Source: an uncultured bacterium (GTDB lineage: Bacteria; Fidelibacterota; Marinisomatia; Marinisomatales; UBA1611). Taken from it: 47,012 nt of DNA. Positions within the stretch are counted from its first letter, which is position 1; each line of letters opens with the position of its first letter. Where the stretch lies: positions 13,826 to 60,837 of the forward strand of contig CAYOJL010000001.1 in NCBI GenBank assembly GCA_964404235.1, read 5' to 3'. The position numbers and the translations under genes were made by a program. Positions 10,447 through 20,024 of this stretch are shown here, in pieces. Below the pieces are notes generated by a model that was not told where the DNA came from, ran no database searches, and saw only the letters and a list, made by a program, of their open reading frames with translations.

Positions 10447-11805
10447 TTATTCAGGATAAATAAAATTATACGATATACCAAATTCACCGGATAGTTTATT
10501 TGAATTTATACCATGATAACTAGGCTCAGATGGACTGAAACCAGCATTGATAAATTCTACCTGATTTATACCTAGTATATATTGTAATCCTTTTATTCTA
10601 GACGTTCTAATAAGTTTTAATTTGATTATTGATCTTTTTTCATATCCATTTGCATATCTTTTATTTTGTATGTCATTATAATTTTCTTGAACCATTGATT
10701 CAGTACTTGCACCACGTTTTGCTAATGAGTAAATGATAGAAAAACTATTGTCTGCTATTGTAAGAAAATAGTCAAAGAGGTATTCCTCTGCATGAGGTCC
10801 TGCCCAAAAGCCTAGTGGTTGACCATGACTATAATAATCATTCACAATATATTTGTGCTTATATATGCGCTGGTCGGTCCAATTATACTCTAAACTAAAA
10901 TTGTCATTAAATAAAATATTTTTAGCGTTATAACCAAATTGCCAAGCAAACCAATTGTGGTTCTTTTTATTAAATAGCCATTCCGGTGTTAATTCGTCCA
11001 TAAAAAACCCCGTATAAATATTTTGTTCTGTTGTTATATCAAAAGATATATCACAGCCCATTTGTATATTATCTGTATCGCCTAAATAGTTTTCAATAGG
11101 ATAAAAAGGTACTACTGGTATCAGATAGTGTATATCTATATCTCTAGTAGCATAAATAACAGTTTCGTTCGCACTTAATTTGATTTTATTATTTAACTTC
11201 CATTCAATTCTATGGGCGGCAATATTTCTGCTTATATTGACAGATCTTTGACTGATGCTATTATTATAAATCTCAGCTCGATTTGAATCCAATAAACCAC
11301 TATTTAAAAAACCATGGAAATAAGATAGACTTAAGTTATTTGTAATTTCCCATTTAAAACCAAATTGTGGATAAGATGGTGCTTTTCCTGATATATGTAA
11401 AGCCCTTTTCCCTGGACCCCAATGTCTGTCAAATTTCCCAAATTCAAAGTTGATATTATTTAAACTATAGATAATTCTTGCATTTGCATACTCTGTCCAA
11501 TATCCATCGGCATCCTTTGATCTATCAATATATGGAAAACTTTGCAAAACTGAAAAATCGAATAAATTTTCTTCTATTTCACCTAGAAATCCAAATTGAA
11601 TATACTCTGCTTCAACTGTCCAGTATTTATTATCATAATAGGCTCCAAGTCCAGCACCGAAAATAGTAATGGGTTTGTTCTTATATACCCAATCACTACC
11701 ATTAGATGAATGGTGAGAAAAAACAATTGGCTTAACTTTAATATTATCCGAAAATAAAAAAGATAAAATAAAAATTGTTAGGATAGATTTATTATTATAA
11801 TGCAT
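10447..11805 (-). CDS. Capsule assembly Wzi-like outer-membrane beta-barrel
   Basis: Signal peptide, FGKFDRHWGPG, AAHRIEW, ETVIY, GDTDNIQ and GQPLGFWAGP motifs, with an aromatic-rich C-terminal strand. Last gene of the polysaccharide locus. Confidence 0.65.
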   Translation of the reverse strand: MHYNNKSILTIFILSFLFSDNIKVKPIVFSHHSSNGSDWVYKNKPITIFGAGLGAYYDNKYWTVEAEYIQFGFLGEIEENLFDFSVLQSFPYIDRSKDADGYWTEYANARIIYSLNNINFEFGKFDRHWGPGKRALHISGKAPSYPQFGFKWEITNNLSLSYFHGFLNSGLLDSNRAEIYNNSISQRSVNISRNIAAHRIEWKLNNKIKLSANETVIYATRDIDIHYLIPVVPFYPIENYLGDTDNIQMGCDISFDITTEQNIYTGFFMDELTPEWLFNKKNHNWFAWQFGYNAKNILFNDNFSLEYNWTDQRIYKHKYIVNDYYSHGQPLGFWAGPHAEEYLFDYFLTIADNSFSIIYSLAKRGASTESMVQENYNDIQNKRYANGYEKRSIIKLKLIRTSRIKGLQYILGINQVEFINAGFSPSEPSYHGINSNKLSGEFGISYNFIYPE

Positions 11806-13781
11806 TATTTACTGCGAGCACCTGAAAACAAAATATTAGATATTGCTCTAGTAAAATAAATTAGATCAGTCAATAATGGCGAATTTTCTTTATTACTTAA
11901 ATAGGACCTTTCACTATTAATAATCTCGTCAAAAGATTTAGGTAGATCAGAATAATACGGTGGAATTAAGCCTGGCTTGAAATTTATTCGTTGTTTTTGT
12001 AGATCTTCAGGATAGAGTTGGAAATAATGTTCACTTAATGCTCTTACACCTACAAGATTGAGATCGCCTTTAAGCCAATTATATAATTGTGGTATTTCGT
12101 CAATAAAATATTTTCTAAAAATTTTCCCCCAAGATGTGATCCGGTAGTCACCTTTCATTTTACCAGACTTATCTAAATGATATTTTTCATAGATGTCACC
12201 TTGTATGAATTCACTATATGGATACATCGTCCTAAACTTATATATATATAATGGTTCACCTTTATAGCCGATCCTTTTCAATTTTACAATAGGTCCATAT
12301 GATGGTGATTCTTCTTCTGATACAGTTTTTTTCTTTTTGCATACGAAATAAAACCTATCTTCAATATTCATCTCATTCAAGATCTCATACCCGCAAAAAG
12401 CTAAACGACCTAATACTTCAGATTTTGACAATACACGATTACTTCCTCTTGTAATGATGAAATAAATTTGTTTAGTTATTGCCAATTTTGGAAAAACTCT
12501 ATGAAATATAAAATGAAATGGAAGAATAATGGAATATAGGAAATGAGGCATCTGAGATCGTAAATGACTTTTAAGTTTTTCAAGTGGGATGAAGTTCCCG
12601 ACTAATAATCCGCCACTCTCAAGTTTTGAATATGCAGTTAATAAATACTCATTAATACGCCTAGAATCATTCAATCGATGCATATTTACTAATAATTCTC
12701 TAGACCTATCAAATAAAAGTTCAATATTAATATTTGAAGATGTATTAAGAATTGTAACCTTTTCTTTTGATATCTTTTCTGTTTTTATTGTTTCCCAGAT
12801 AAAATCTGTAAGTTCTTTCTCATACCCAGATCTAAAAGTTTTAACACTATTAAATAATTCAGACCTATCATAAGAACCATTTTTATTATTTTTTGTCTGA
12901 TTAATCGAGAGCGGTTCTTGGCCATTTATTTTCCCAATTTTATTATCTGAGTTTTCTTTCAGGTGCCCATTTTTTTTTGATTGACCAAAAAAGTAAAGGA
13001 AAAAAGCTATGATCTCTATACCCGAATGTAAGAATCCTGCTTCATAAATGAGCTGAATGGATGCTGAATCTATTCTAAGTGAGTAATAAAAAAATGTTAG
13101 AAAAAGGAAAGTTAAAATTGATGCTTTAATGTAAGGAGCAATTTCATAATAATGGTTGATCGAGTTAGGCTCTTTATACCGATTGGTCAATAAAGTACCA
13201 AGACCCCACGCTGTTATTAATACTAGAAAATTTTGTTCTTGTAATATATCATAATGGAATGCTCCACGTTCTATATATACAATAGTCATATATATAAATA
13301 ATAGTAAGAGAATGCCTGGCATTAACCATTTTATATAGAATTTATTTTTGGTGATGATTTCCTTTGAATCTTCGATATTTATGATTTTTATACCTGATGT
13401 TTTAAGGAAAAATTTCAACAATAAGGCAAGGATCAGCTCATAGAGCACCATGATAGTCATAAAAGTAACCATGAATATCCTAGATATGCTCCATAGATCA
13501 GAAAAGGATATAGTGATTACAACAAAAAGAAGGCTCATTAAAGAAGACCAGAATATTATCCTGAATACAAGCCAAAAAGGTTTTTGTATTAAAGCATTAA
13601 TCTTATCGTAATAAGATGAAAAGATGGACCAGAATACAATAAAAATAAAATAAAGATATAGATAATTATTTTTAGGAAATATCAGGTCAAACTTATTGTA
13701 GTTCATTAATAGAAATACACTAGTGAAAACTGATAGGTCAAGTGACCATAATATCTTTTCAAGTTTGGATTTACTGATCAT
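11805..13781 (-). CDS. Large bacterial sugar transferase (phosphoglycosyl transferase-like) with extended membrane and cytoplasmic domains
   Basis: C-terminal Bac_transf motifs RIGYKG, YKFRTM, DYRITSWG, DEIPQLYNWLKGDLNLVGVR and KPGL, with about 8 N-terminal TM helices. Confidence 0.8.
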   Translation of the reverse strand: MISKSKLEKILWSLDLSVFTSVFLLMNYNKFDLIFPKNNYLYLYFIFIVFWSIFSSYYDKINALIQKPFWLVFRIIFWSSLMSLLFVVITISFSDLWSISRIFMVTFMTIMVLYELILALLLKFFLKTSGIKIINIEDSKEIITKNKFYIKWLMPGILLLLFIYMTIVYIERGAFHYDILQEQNFLVLITAWGLGTLLTNRYKEPNSINHYYEIAPYIKASILTFLFLTFFYYSLRIDSASIQLIYEAGFLHSGIEIIAFFLYFFGQSKKNGHLKENSDNKIGKINGQEPLSINQTKNNKNGSYDRSELFNSVKTFRSGYEKELTDFIWETIKTEKISKEKVTILNTSSNINIELLFDRSRELLVNMHRLNDSRRINEYLLTAYSKLESGGLLVGNFIPLEKLKSHLRSQMPHFLYSIILPFHFIFHRVFPKLAITKQIYFIITRGSNRVLSKSEVLGRLAFCGYEILNEMNIEDRFYFVCKKKKTVSEEESPSYGPIVKLKRIGYKGEPLYIYKFRTMYPYSEFIQGDIYEKYHLDKSGKMKGDYRITSWGKIFRKYFIDEIPQLYNWLKGDLNLVGVRALSEHYFQLYPEDLQKQRINFKPGLIPPYYSDLPKSFDEIINSERSYLSNKENSPLLTDLIYFTRAISNILFSGARSK

Positions 13782-14018
13782 GTAATACGGGTAATAATCT
13801 TAACGGATTAAAGAGAGATAAATTTATCCTAAAAGGGAATATTACGCTGTGCTGAGTATCACAGGATTTTATATAGAACATAGTTGTAAAGACGCAATTA
13901 TCATTTGAATTAATTTAGGTTTTATTAAAAAAATGATAGCGTTTTACATCAATATAGTGGTCTCCCTGTTCGTGGTTAATCTACTTAAATTATTTTAATA
14001 GAACTAAAAAATATTATA

Positions 14019-15089
14019 TTAATTGATTTTGTATTGGAGGTCGGGATCATCTTGTAATTTTTTAGAACTCTCTGGGTAGTTTAATATGAACCATTCAATT
14101 AATCTATTTACATCTATTTTATTTTGTAATGCTATATCTCTTATGCTCTTTTGCCGGACTTTAAAATGATCATCTTCTAGAATTTCTTGTACTTTTTCAA
14201 TAACACCATCTGTTGTACTAAACATGTAGATTAGACTTTCTTTTGCTTGATCTTCTAGGCTTCCTGCTGATAATGAATTAACATAGATACTTGGAGTGCC
14301 TAGAACAGCACATTCTGATGCCATTGTAGCTCCTTCTCCAATAAATAATTCAGCGTAGTATAAAATATTATGAATCTGAGTTGGATCAATAGATAATTTA
14401 TATTTCTGTAGTTGTTTTGGTATCGCGCCTTCTACTGAAAGGAATACTTTTGCCTTTTGTTCCACTAATTTAATTAACCGTTCAAGGTAGGATAGAGAAA
14501 ATCCTTTATGCCCAATGTCATGGCTAGCTCCCCAAGAGACCAAACGTATAATTACAAACTTGTCATTTTCTTTAAGGTTTAGTTTTTTTAAAATCATATT
14601 ATTGGGTTTGAAATAATCTTTTTGCAAATAGCATTGTTCCATATATCCATGGAAACGTAAATGTTTATGTCCATGGTTGCTTTTATAGACTTGAGGTGTA
14701 AATACAATATCAGTAAATGGAAGAAATGATAATATACCTAGTTTAGCGTGTTCAGTATCTGTAAAAGCAATATGGGGTTTTCTAATTATGCTAGACACAT
14801 GGCTAGCATACGGTGAGGCAAAGCTTAGGAATAGATCAGGGTTGAAATCTTTAGCTAATCGAAGCAATAGAAGATCTGCTTTTAACAAATAAAAAAACTT
14901 TCCTATTAAACTATTGCTTCCTATTCCTCTTGAAGTATATGGTATATTATAATTGTCTAGTAATTGGTGCGTAACATCTTTCCTACGTGCAGTTATAAAA
15001 ATGTTATGCCCATCATTTTTTAATTTATTTATGGTGTATCTAAAATAATGTACGTGTGCCGGATGGCCTATATCTATGAAAATTCTCAC
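14019..15089 (-). CDS. DUF354 family GT-B-fold protein (putative glycosyltransferase)
   Basis: IDIGHPAHVHYF, DTEHA and GEGATMASECAVLGTPSI signatures. Confidence 0.8.
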   Translation of the reverse strand: MRIFIDIGHPAHVHYFRYTINKLKNDGHNIFITARRKDVTHQLLDNYNIPYTSRGIGSNSLIGKFFYLLKADLLLLRLAKDFNPDLFLSFASPYASHVSSIIRKPHIAFTDTEHAKLGILSFLPFTDIVFTPQVYKSNHGHKHLRFHGYMEQCYLQKDYFKPNNMILKKLNLKENDKFVIIRLVSWGASHDIGHKGFSLSYLERLIKLVEQKAKVFLSVEGAIPKQLQKYKLSIDPTQIHNILYYAELFIGEGATMASECAVLGTPSIYVNSLSAGSLEDQAKESLIYMFSTTDGVIEKVQEILEDDHFKVRQKSIRDIALQNKIDVNRLIEWFILNYPESSKKLQDDPDLQYKIN

Positions 15090-15125
15090 TATATTTACAA
15101 TCTAATCTTTTTCTGATAAGGAATA

Positions 15126-16244
15126 TTATTTTAGGTCACAAAATATATCAATCAATCTTTTTACTGATGCCTTGATATCATGTTCCGATTTTCTTTCATC
15201 AATAGTATTATTTAATGATAAGATTAATTTCTTATTATTAAGAACTGCACTGATTTTATTTGCTAGCTCTCTTGGGTGATTTGGATCAAATAATAATCCA
15301 TTATTCTTATTTATATATTCAGGTATGCCTCCAACATTCGATCCAATAACTGGTGTCCCACATGCAATTGCTTCCAGGCCTACAAGTCCAAGTGGTTCTT
15401 CCCTTGATGGGAAAATAAATATTGTAGCAATATTATATAATATTCTTAATCCAGACTGATCAATCTTTTTCAAAAATATCACAGAAACTTTTATATCATT
15501 TAAATTATCTTTTGCTGTATTTATTTCAGGTCCTTCAGAGCAGATAATAAGAAATATTTTTTCCAATTCTTTGTCTGTTAAAAGGCTTAATGCATTCACT
15601 AGTATATCAAGACCTTTTCGTTTGATTGCATTTCCAGCAAACAAAAGAACAGTTTTATCATTATGAATATTATAGGTCTTTTTATGGTCCATTATATGTT
15701 TATAATCCATAGGGTAGAATTTTTCATAATCTATGCCCGGAGAGATCACTGTCAACTTATTTGGCGCAGTTCCAGTTAGTTTTAGAACTTTTTTCTTTAT
15801 ATCATTACTATTTACAATTATAATATCAGAGTTTGCAATAGTAACATCATATATCTTTTTATATATCTTGCTAGAAGACTTATAAAGATTGAGGTCTCCG
15901 CCATGAATATGAAGAGCTACTGAGATATTGAAAAAACGTTTTATTAATACTGAAACAAAACCACTTGCCATTACACCATGCGGATTTAATAGGTCATATG
16001 ATCTTATCCTAATTATTAGTCGTAAAATTCCAATTGAGAAAAATGAGTATTTTATTATGTTTGATATAATACCTTTGCTATTGCTGGCATTGCCCCAATA
16101 ATTATAGATTGGGTTATAGTAAACATCTGGCGTTATAGATTGTTTATTTAGTTCCATAACTAAATTTTTAATGAAAATTTGATTTGTTTCATTCTTTTTA
16201 GTTGGATAACTATTACAGACTATTGCGACCTTTGGTATTTTCAT
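15126..16244 (-). CDS. Glycosyltransferase family 4
   Basis: HGGD, KGLDIL and FPSREEPLGLVGLEAIACGTPVIGSNVGGIPE (EX7E) motifs. Confidence 0.9.
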   Translation of the reverse strand: MKIPKVAIVCNSYPTKKNETNQIFIKNLVMELNKQSITPDVYYNPIYNYWGNASNSKGIISNIIKYSFFSIGILRLIIRIRSYDLLNPHGVMASGFVSVLIKRFFNISVALHIHGGDLNLYKSSSKIYKKIYDVTIANSDIIIVNSNDIKKKVLKLTGTAPNKLTVISPGIDYEKFYPMDYKHIMDHKKTYNIHNDKTVLLFAGNAIKRKGLDILVNALSLLTDKELEKIFLIICSEGPEINTAKDNLNDIKVSVIFLKKIDQSGLRILYNIATIFIFPSREEPLGLVGLEAIACGTPVIGSNVGGIPEYINKNNGLLFDPNHPRELANKISAVLNNKKLILSLNNTIDERKSEHDIKASVKRLIDIFCDLK

Positions 16245-16264
16245 AATATTAATTTATAGGAATC

Positions 16265-17512
16265 CTAATTCGAATCATTTTCATTACTTTTTCTAGATAT
16301 TTTACCAAGGAAGAAAAAGAATAAGCTACCAGAGGTTACTGAGTCAATCACATGCCCACCAAAAAAAGCATATAGGAAAAATAGGACAAAGACTAATCCA
16401 TCTCTACTAAATATTTTTGATATATATAAATTGTAGTTTTTAAATAAGATCATAACAAATAGTGCCGTACCTATTATTCCATATTTAAAAAAGAAATCAA
16501 AGAAGTCCATAGATGCATGACGAAAAATAAATTCCCCTCGTTTTTCCCAGAATATATTCTGTCCAGCTAAGCTTACTCCAAAAATGGTTGAATTAAACCC
16601 TTTTAAAGATTCTTCCATTTGTATGTTCATAGATGCATATCGTCTAAAATTTATTGAAGCTACATTATTTAAGGTTTGATTATCATATAATCCACCTACT
16701 CTTTCTGCTGCAGCAATGGATTTACTGATATTTAGCCCAAATCTTTGTTCATAAAGTTCTACTGCCTTATTTGATATATAATCAAACGAAAAAAGGATTA
16801 TAATGGCAAAAATATTATAAAAGATTATTTTATTTAAACTTAAGTAGCGTCTTTTTAGGGCAAAAAATATTGGTATTATGAATCCAAAAATGCTTTTTGA
16901 TGCTATTACAAAACCATTAAAAAATGTTAATAAAATGGGTATAAGATTTTTTCTTAATGCGCCATCCATTAAAAAAAATGTAAAAAATACTAGATTTAAT
17001 ATTGAAACGGGATTTCCTCCTTGAAACATTCCTTTTGAAGTCCCCGAAAACCTGTATGATTCAAGACCAAATCCTAAGAAATAACCAATCATTAGATTTA
17101 ATGTCAAAATAAAGAAATTTATCATGACCACTTTTTTTACCAGAACCTCTGAAAAAGTGAATCGATTTCTAATATAGACTAAAAGGAATATTAAAAATTG
17201 TTGTCTAAGTATATAAGGTATATTTTCAATGATCATTCTCGATGAGGGCATAATGGTGTAATTCAGAAATAAATTGAATATGAAATAAGCAAAAATGATC
17301 AAAGCCAGAAATTCATCGATAAATAATTTTTTCTTTTTTAATTGAATTAAATAATAGAATAATAAAAGAATAAGTATTGGCCCTCTTATCCAATATCCAA
17401 TATTAAATAATGGGTTTGTTATTCCTGAATAGATACGTATAAAACCACTTAGAGCGTCAACAAGTAAGAAAGAATATAGATAATACTTTATAATAACCGA
17501 TAATCTGAGCAT
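16265..17512 (-). CDS. Putative Wzy polysaccharide polymerase / O-antigen ligase-like membrane protein
   Basis: About 10-11 TM helices, a large loop before MDFFDFFFKYGIIG, a C-terminal GGH, and position next to the flippase. Confidence 0.65.
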   Translation of the reverse strand: MLRLSVIIKYYLYSFLLVDALSGFIRIYSGITNPLFNIGYWIRGPILILLLFYYLIQLKKKKLFIDEFLALIIFAYFIFNLFLNYTIMPSSRMIIENIPYILRQQFLIFLLVYIRNRFTFSEVLVKKVVMINFFILTLNLMIGYFLGFGLESYRFSGTSKGMFQGGNPVSILNLVFFTFFLMDGALRKNLIPILLTFFNGFVIASKSIFGFIIPIFFALKRRYLSLNKIIFYNIFAIIILFSFDYISNKAVELYEQRFGLNISKSIAAAERVGGLYDNQTLNNVASINFRRYASMNIQMEESLKGFNSTIFGVSLAGQNIFWEKRGEFIFRHASMDFFDFFFKYGIIGTALFVMILFKNYNLYISKIFSRDGLVFVLFFLYAFFGGHVIDSVTSGSLFFFFLGKISRKSNENDSN

Positions 17513-17524
17513 GTAATAGGATTG

Positions 17525-18841
17525 TTAGTGAACAGTATTAAATGATTTAATTTTAATAATAGCAATTATGATCTGATAGCCAATACCTACCATAATTCCA
17601 ATTGTATAGCCCATAGCAATTCCAACTAACTGAAATTCTGGGACAAATATGATCCAACATATCAATGATGTAATGAGTATGACTATTCCTCCAATATTTG
17701 GATAAATAACATATTTTGTACCTGATAGAAAAGAAACAAATGGAATAGATATCATTCTTATAAATACGCTTGGTAATATAATTATTAAAATAGTACTTCC
17801 TTTTGAGAACTCTTGGCCAAACAGAGATAAAATATTTCCAGCAAAGAAAAATAATGCCAAACAAACTGTAGTTGAGATTGCCAATATTAGCCAGCTTGAC
17901 TGCTTAAATATTTGTATTATTCTCAGTCTATCACCCTCACCAAAAAGTTTAGAAAATTCAGGTAAAAATACTTGGGTGAAAAGTTTTGGTATGAACATAA
18001 GTATGCTAACGATTGAAAGTACTGATGAATATATACCGGCATCCGAGTTACTTAAATACATTCCTATTATTATTACGGAAAGATAACCGGTCCCGGTACT
18101 AGCAACTGTACCAAGCATACTGACCAGGCCATAATTAACAAATTTTTTCATGACATCCTTTTGGTCAAACTGGTCACTTTTTCTCATAGAGAATTTTATT
18201 GATTGAAATCTTTTTATTAGTGTCCTAATACTCAATATAGAGAAAATTGAATAACATAATATATAGCATTCAATAAGTAGAGAAGATTGTCTATTATAAG
18301 TTACATAGCCAATTGCGAAGAGCATTATTACATCAGAGATTATTTCATTGAATGCATATGACCTGACAAGGTCAATACCATATAAAGCACGCCGAAAAAG
18401 GATATAAAAAGACCTCAAAAAAATATAAAGTATAACAGGTATTAAAAGGCCTGGAGGCAAGGAAAAATTACTTGAGAAAAAGGTCCAATTCCATGCAAGG
18501 ACTCCAGCAATAATAGAAAGAATAATTATTGGAGTACCGATCATTATTTTAAATACAAATTGAAAGTGTTCTAGGTTTTTACTACCACGGTATTCAGCAA
18601 GATATTTATTACCAGCACTTCCAAAAAAGTTCGTAACAAATATTGTGATTATTAGACAAAAACTTAAGGTTATGTTTATTGAGCCTAAGATTTCCTTTCC
18701 AAATGTTCGAGCAACTAAGAAATTGAAGGCAAATGGAATGATTCCAACAAAGCCTAAAGCTAAACCCGTGTAGAACGAATTCTCCATTAGGCGTTGGCTA
18801 AAGAAAAAATTATTTCTTTTTTTAACTTTCTCGTCTGTCAA
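17525..18841 (-). CDS. wzx: Wzx-type oligosaccharide flippase (MOP superfamily)
   Basis: About 12 TM helices with ARTFGKE.LG, AGIYS, LPEFSKL and LFGQEF..G motifs. The true start may be the internal Met (MENSF). Confidence 0.8.
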   Translation of the reverse strand: MTDEKVKKRNNFFFSQRLMENSFYTGLALGFVGIIPFAFNFLVARTFGKEILGSINITLSFCLIITIFVTNFFGSAGNKYLAEYRGSKNLEHFQFVFKIMIGTPIIILSIIAGVLAWNWTFFSSNFSLPPGLLIPVILYIFLRSFYILFRRALYGIDLVRSYAFNEIISDVIMLFAIGYVTYNRQSSLLIECYILCYSIFSILSIRTLIKRFQSIKFSMRKSDQFDQKDVMKKFVNYGLVSMLGTVASTGTGYLSVIIIGMYLSNSDAGIYSSVLSIVSILMFIPKLFTQVFLPEFSKLFGEGDRLRIIQIFKQSSWLILAISTTVCLALFFFAGNILSLFGQEFSKGSTILIIILPSVFIRMISIPFVSFLSGTKYVIYPNIGGIVILITSLICWIIFVPEFQLVGIAMGYTIGIMVGIGYQIIIAIIKIKSFNTVH

Positions 18842-20024
18842 GGTAAATAGCGAACGGAATTGCTAATATAAATCCACCAAAAAGTGATAGGATAACAATT
18901 AAGGTGCGTCTTGGTTTAGCTTTTTTAACGGCGGGCTCTGCGGTATCTAAAATATTGATTAAAAGTCTTTCTTTTGCTTCATCAATTTTGGCAATCTCGA
19001 ATTGTTGTCTAAGTGTTATATAAACAGCACGATTTTCTTCCACTGTACTTTCAAGTCTCTCTCTCATCATTTCAAAAGAGGGCGTATCTAATCTTAACGG
19101 GTGATTTTTTCTGAAATCGGTTAGTGAATCTTCTGAATTTTCGGTTTGAGACTTTGCCTCTTCCATTTGTTTTTCAACAAATGTTTTATTTCTGAATGCT
19201 TCCCTTTTTTGTTCTATTGAAATAAAACTTTTAACGTATTCTGCAATATAATTTGCTATATCAGATGCTAGTTGTGGATCTTCCATTAAAACTGTCACTG
19301 AGATTAATCCTGAGATTTCTTCTTTTACAGATATTAGTTCATCTAATTCAAGGATAGCTTCATAGGTTTCTTTATCTATTTTTTCTGATTGGAAACCACC
19401 ACTCGGTAAGAACTCTCTGATCCATTTCATTGGGGAAAAAAAAGATGGCTCATCTAGTTCCCAGTATACAATTAAATTTGATCCATCAGGATATAGTTTT
19501 GTCTTCCACTTTTTAAGGACGATATCCTTTTTTAATCTTCTACTATTTATTATATCAGGAATATTATAGGTTGGCGCACTTGCTAGTCCACCAAGACCAA
19601 ATGATTTTGCAAGACCTTGAAAATCACCTAACACGCCACCAGTCTGACTTAACTCACCTGCTGGATATAGAGAGATTCTTGATTCGAAATAAATTGTTGC
19701 TAGGAGGGAATAAGTGAGCCCGGTCAATGTACAAAATAGAGCAAATTTTGATACGAACTTTCTTTTCCTAAACAATATTTCACCAATTACATTAATATTG
19801 ATTTCGTCATTATCTGTTATAAGGGGTTTCTTATCTTTTTTGATTTTTCCTTTCTCAATATTTACAAGGCCTCTTTTTTTCAATTCTGCAAGACGATTTC
19901 TTAATGTTTTTTCAGTTAAACCATATTCTTTTGCAACCGTTTCCCTTTTATCTGGACTATCTATTATCTCTGGATTCTCCTTGATAATATTTAATATTTT
20001 TTGTTCGTGAGGTGTGAGTTTCAT
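18822..20024 (-). CDS. Polysaccharide co-polymerase (Wzz/GNVR type) with N-terminal winged-HTH extension
   Basis: Wzz N-terminal motif DEIN..IGEILFRKRK then TM1 and YFES...LYP, a periplasmic coiled coil, and ILDTAEPAVKKAKPRR then TM2. There is no kinase domain. Residues 1-58 resemble a wHTH. Confidence 0.8.
   Translation of the reverse strand: MKLTPHEQKILNIIKENPEIIDSPDKRETVAKEYGLTEKTLRNRLAELKKRGLVNIEKGKIKKDKKPLITDNDEININVIGEILFRKRKFVSKFALFCTLTGLTYSLLATIYFESRISLYPAGELSQTGGVLGDFQGLAKSFGLGGLASAPTYNIPDIINSRRLKKDIVLKKWKTKLYPDGSNLIVYWELDEPSFFSPMKWIREFLPSGGFQSEKIDKETYEAILELDELISVKEEISGLISVTVLMEDPQLASDIANYIAEYVKSFISIEQKREAFRNKTFVEKQMEEAKSQTENSEDSLTDFRKNHPLRLDTPSFEMMRERLESTVEENRAVYITLRQQFEIAKIDEAKERLLINILDTAEPAVKKAKPRRTLIVILSLFGGFILAIPFAIYLDRRES

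Noticed and set aside
13953-13967. GGGAGACCAC(TATA) on the minus strand, resembling the T7 transcription start
   Set aside because: The upstream TAATACGACTCACTATA is absent and there is no vector context, so it is a short chance match.
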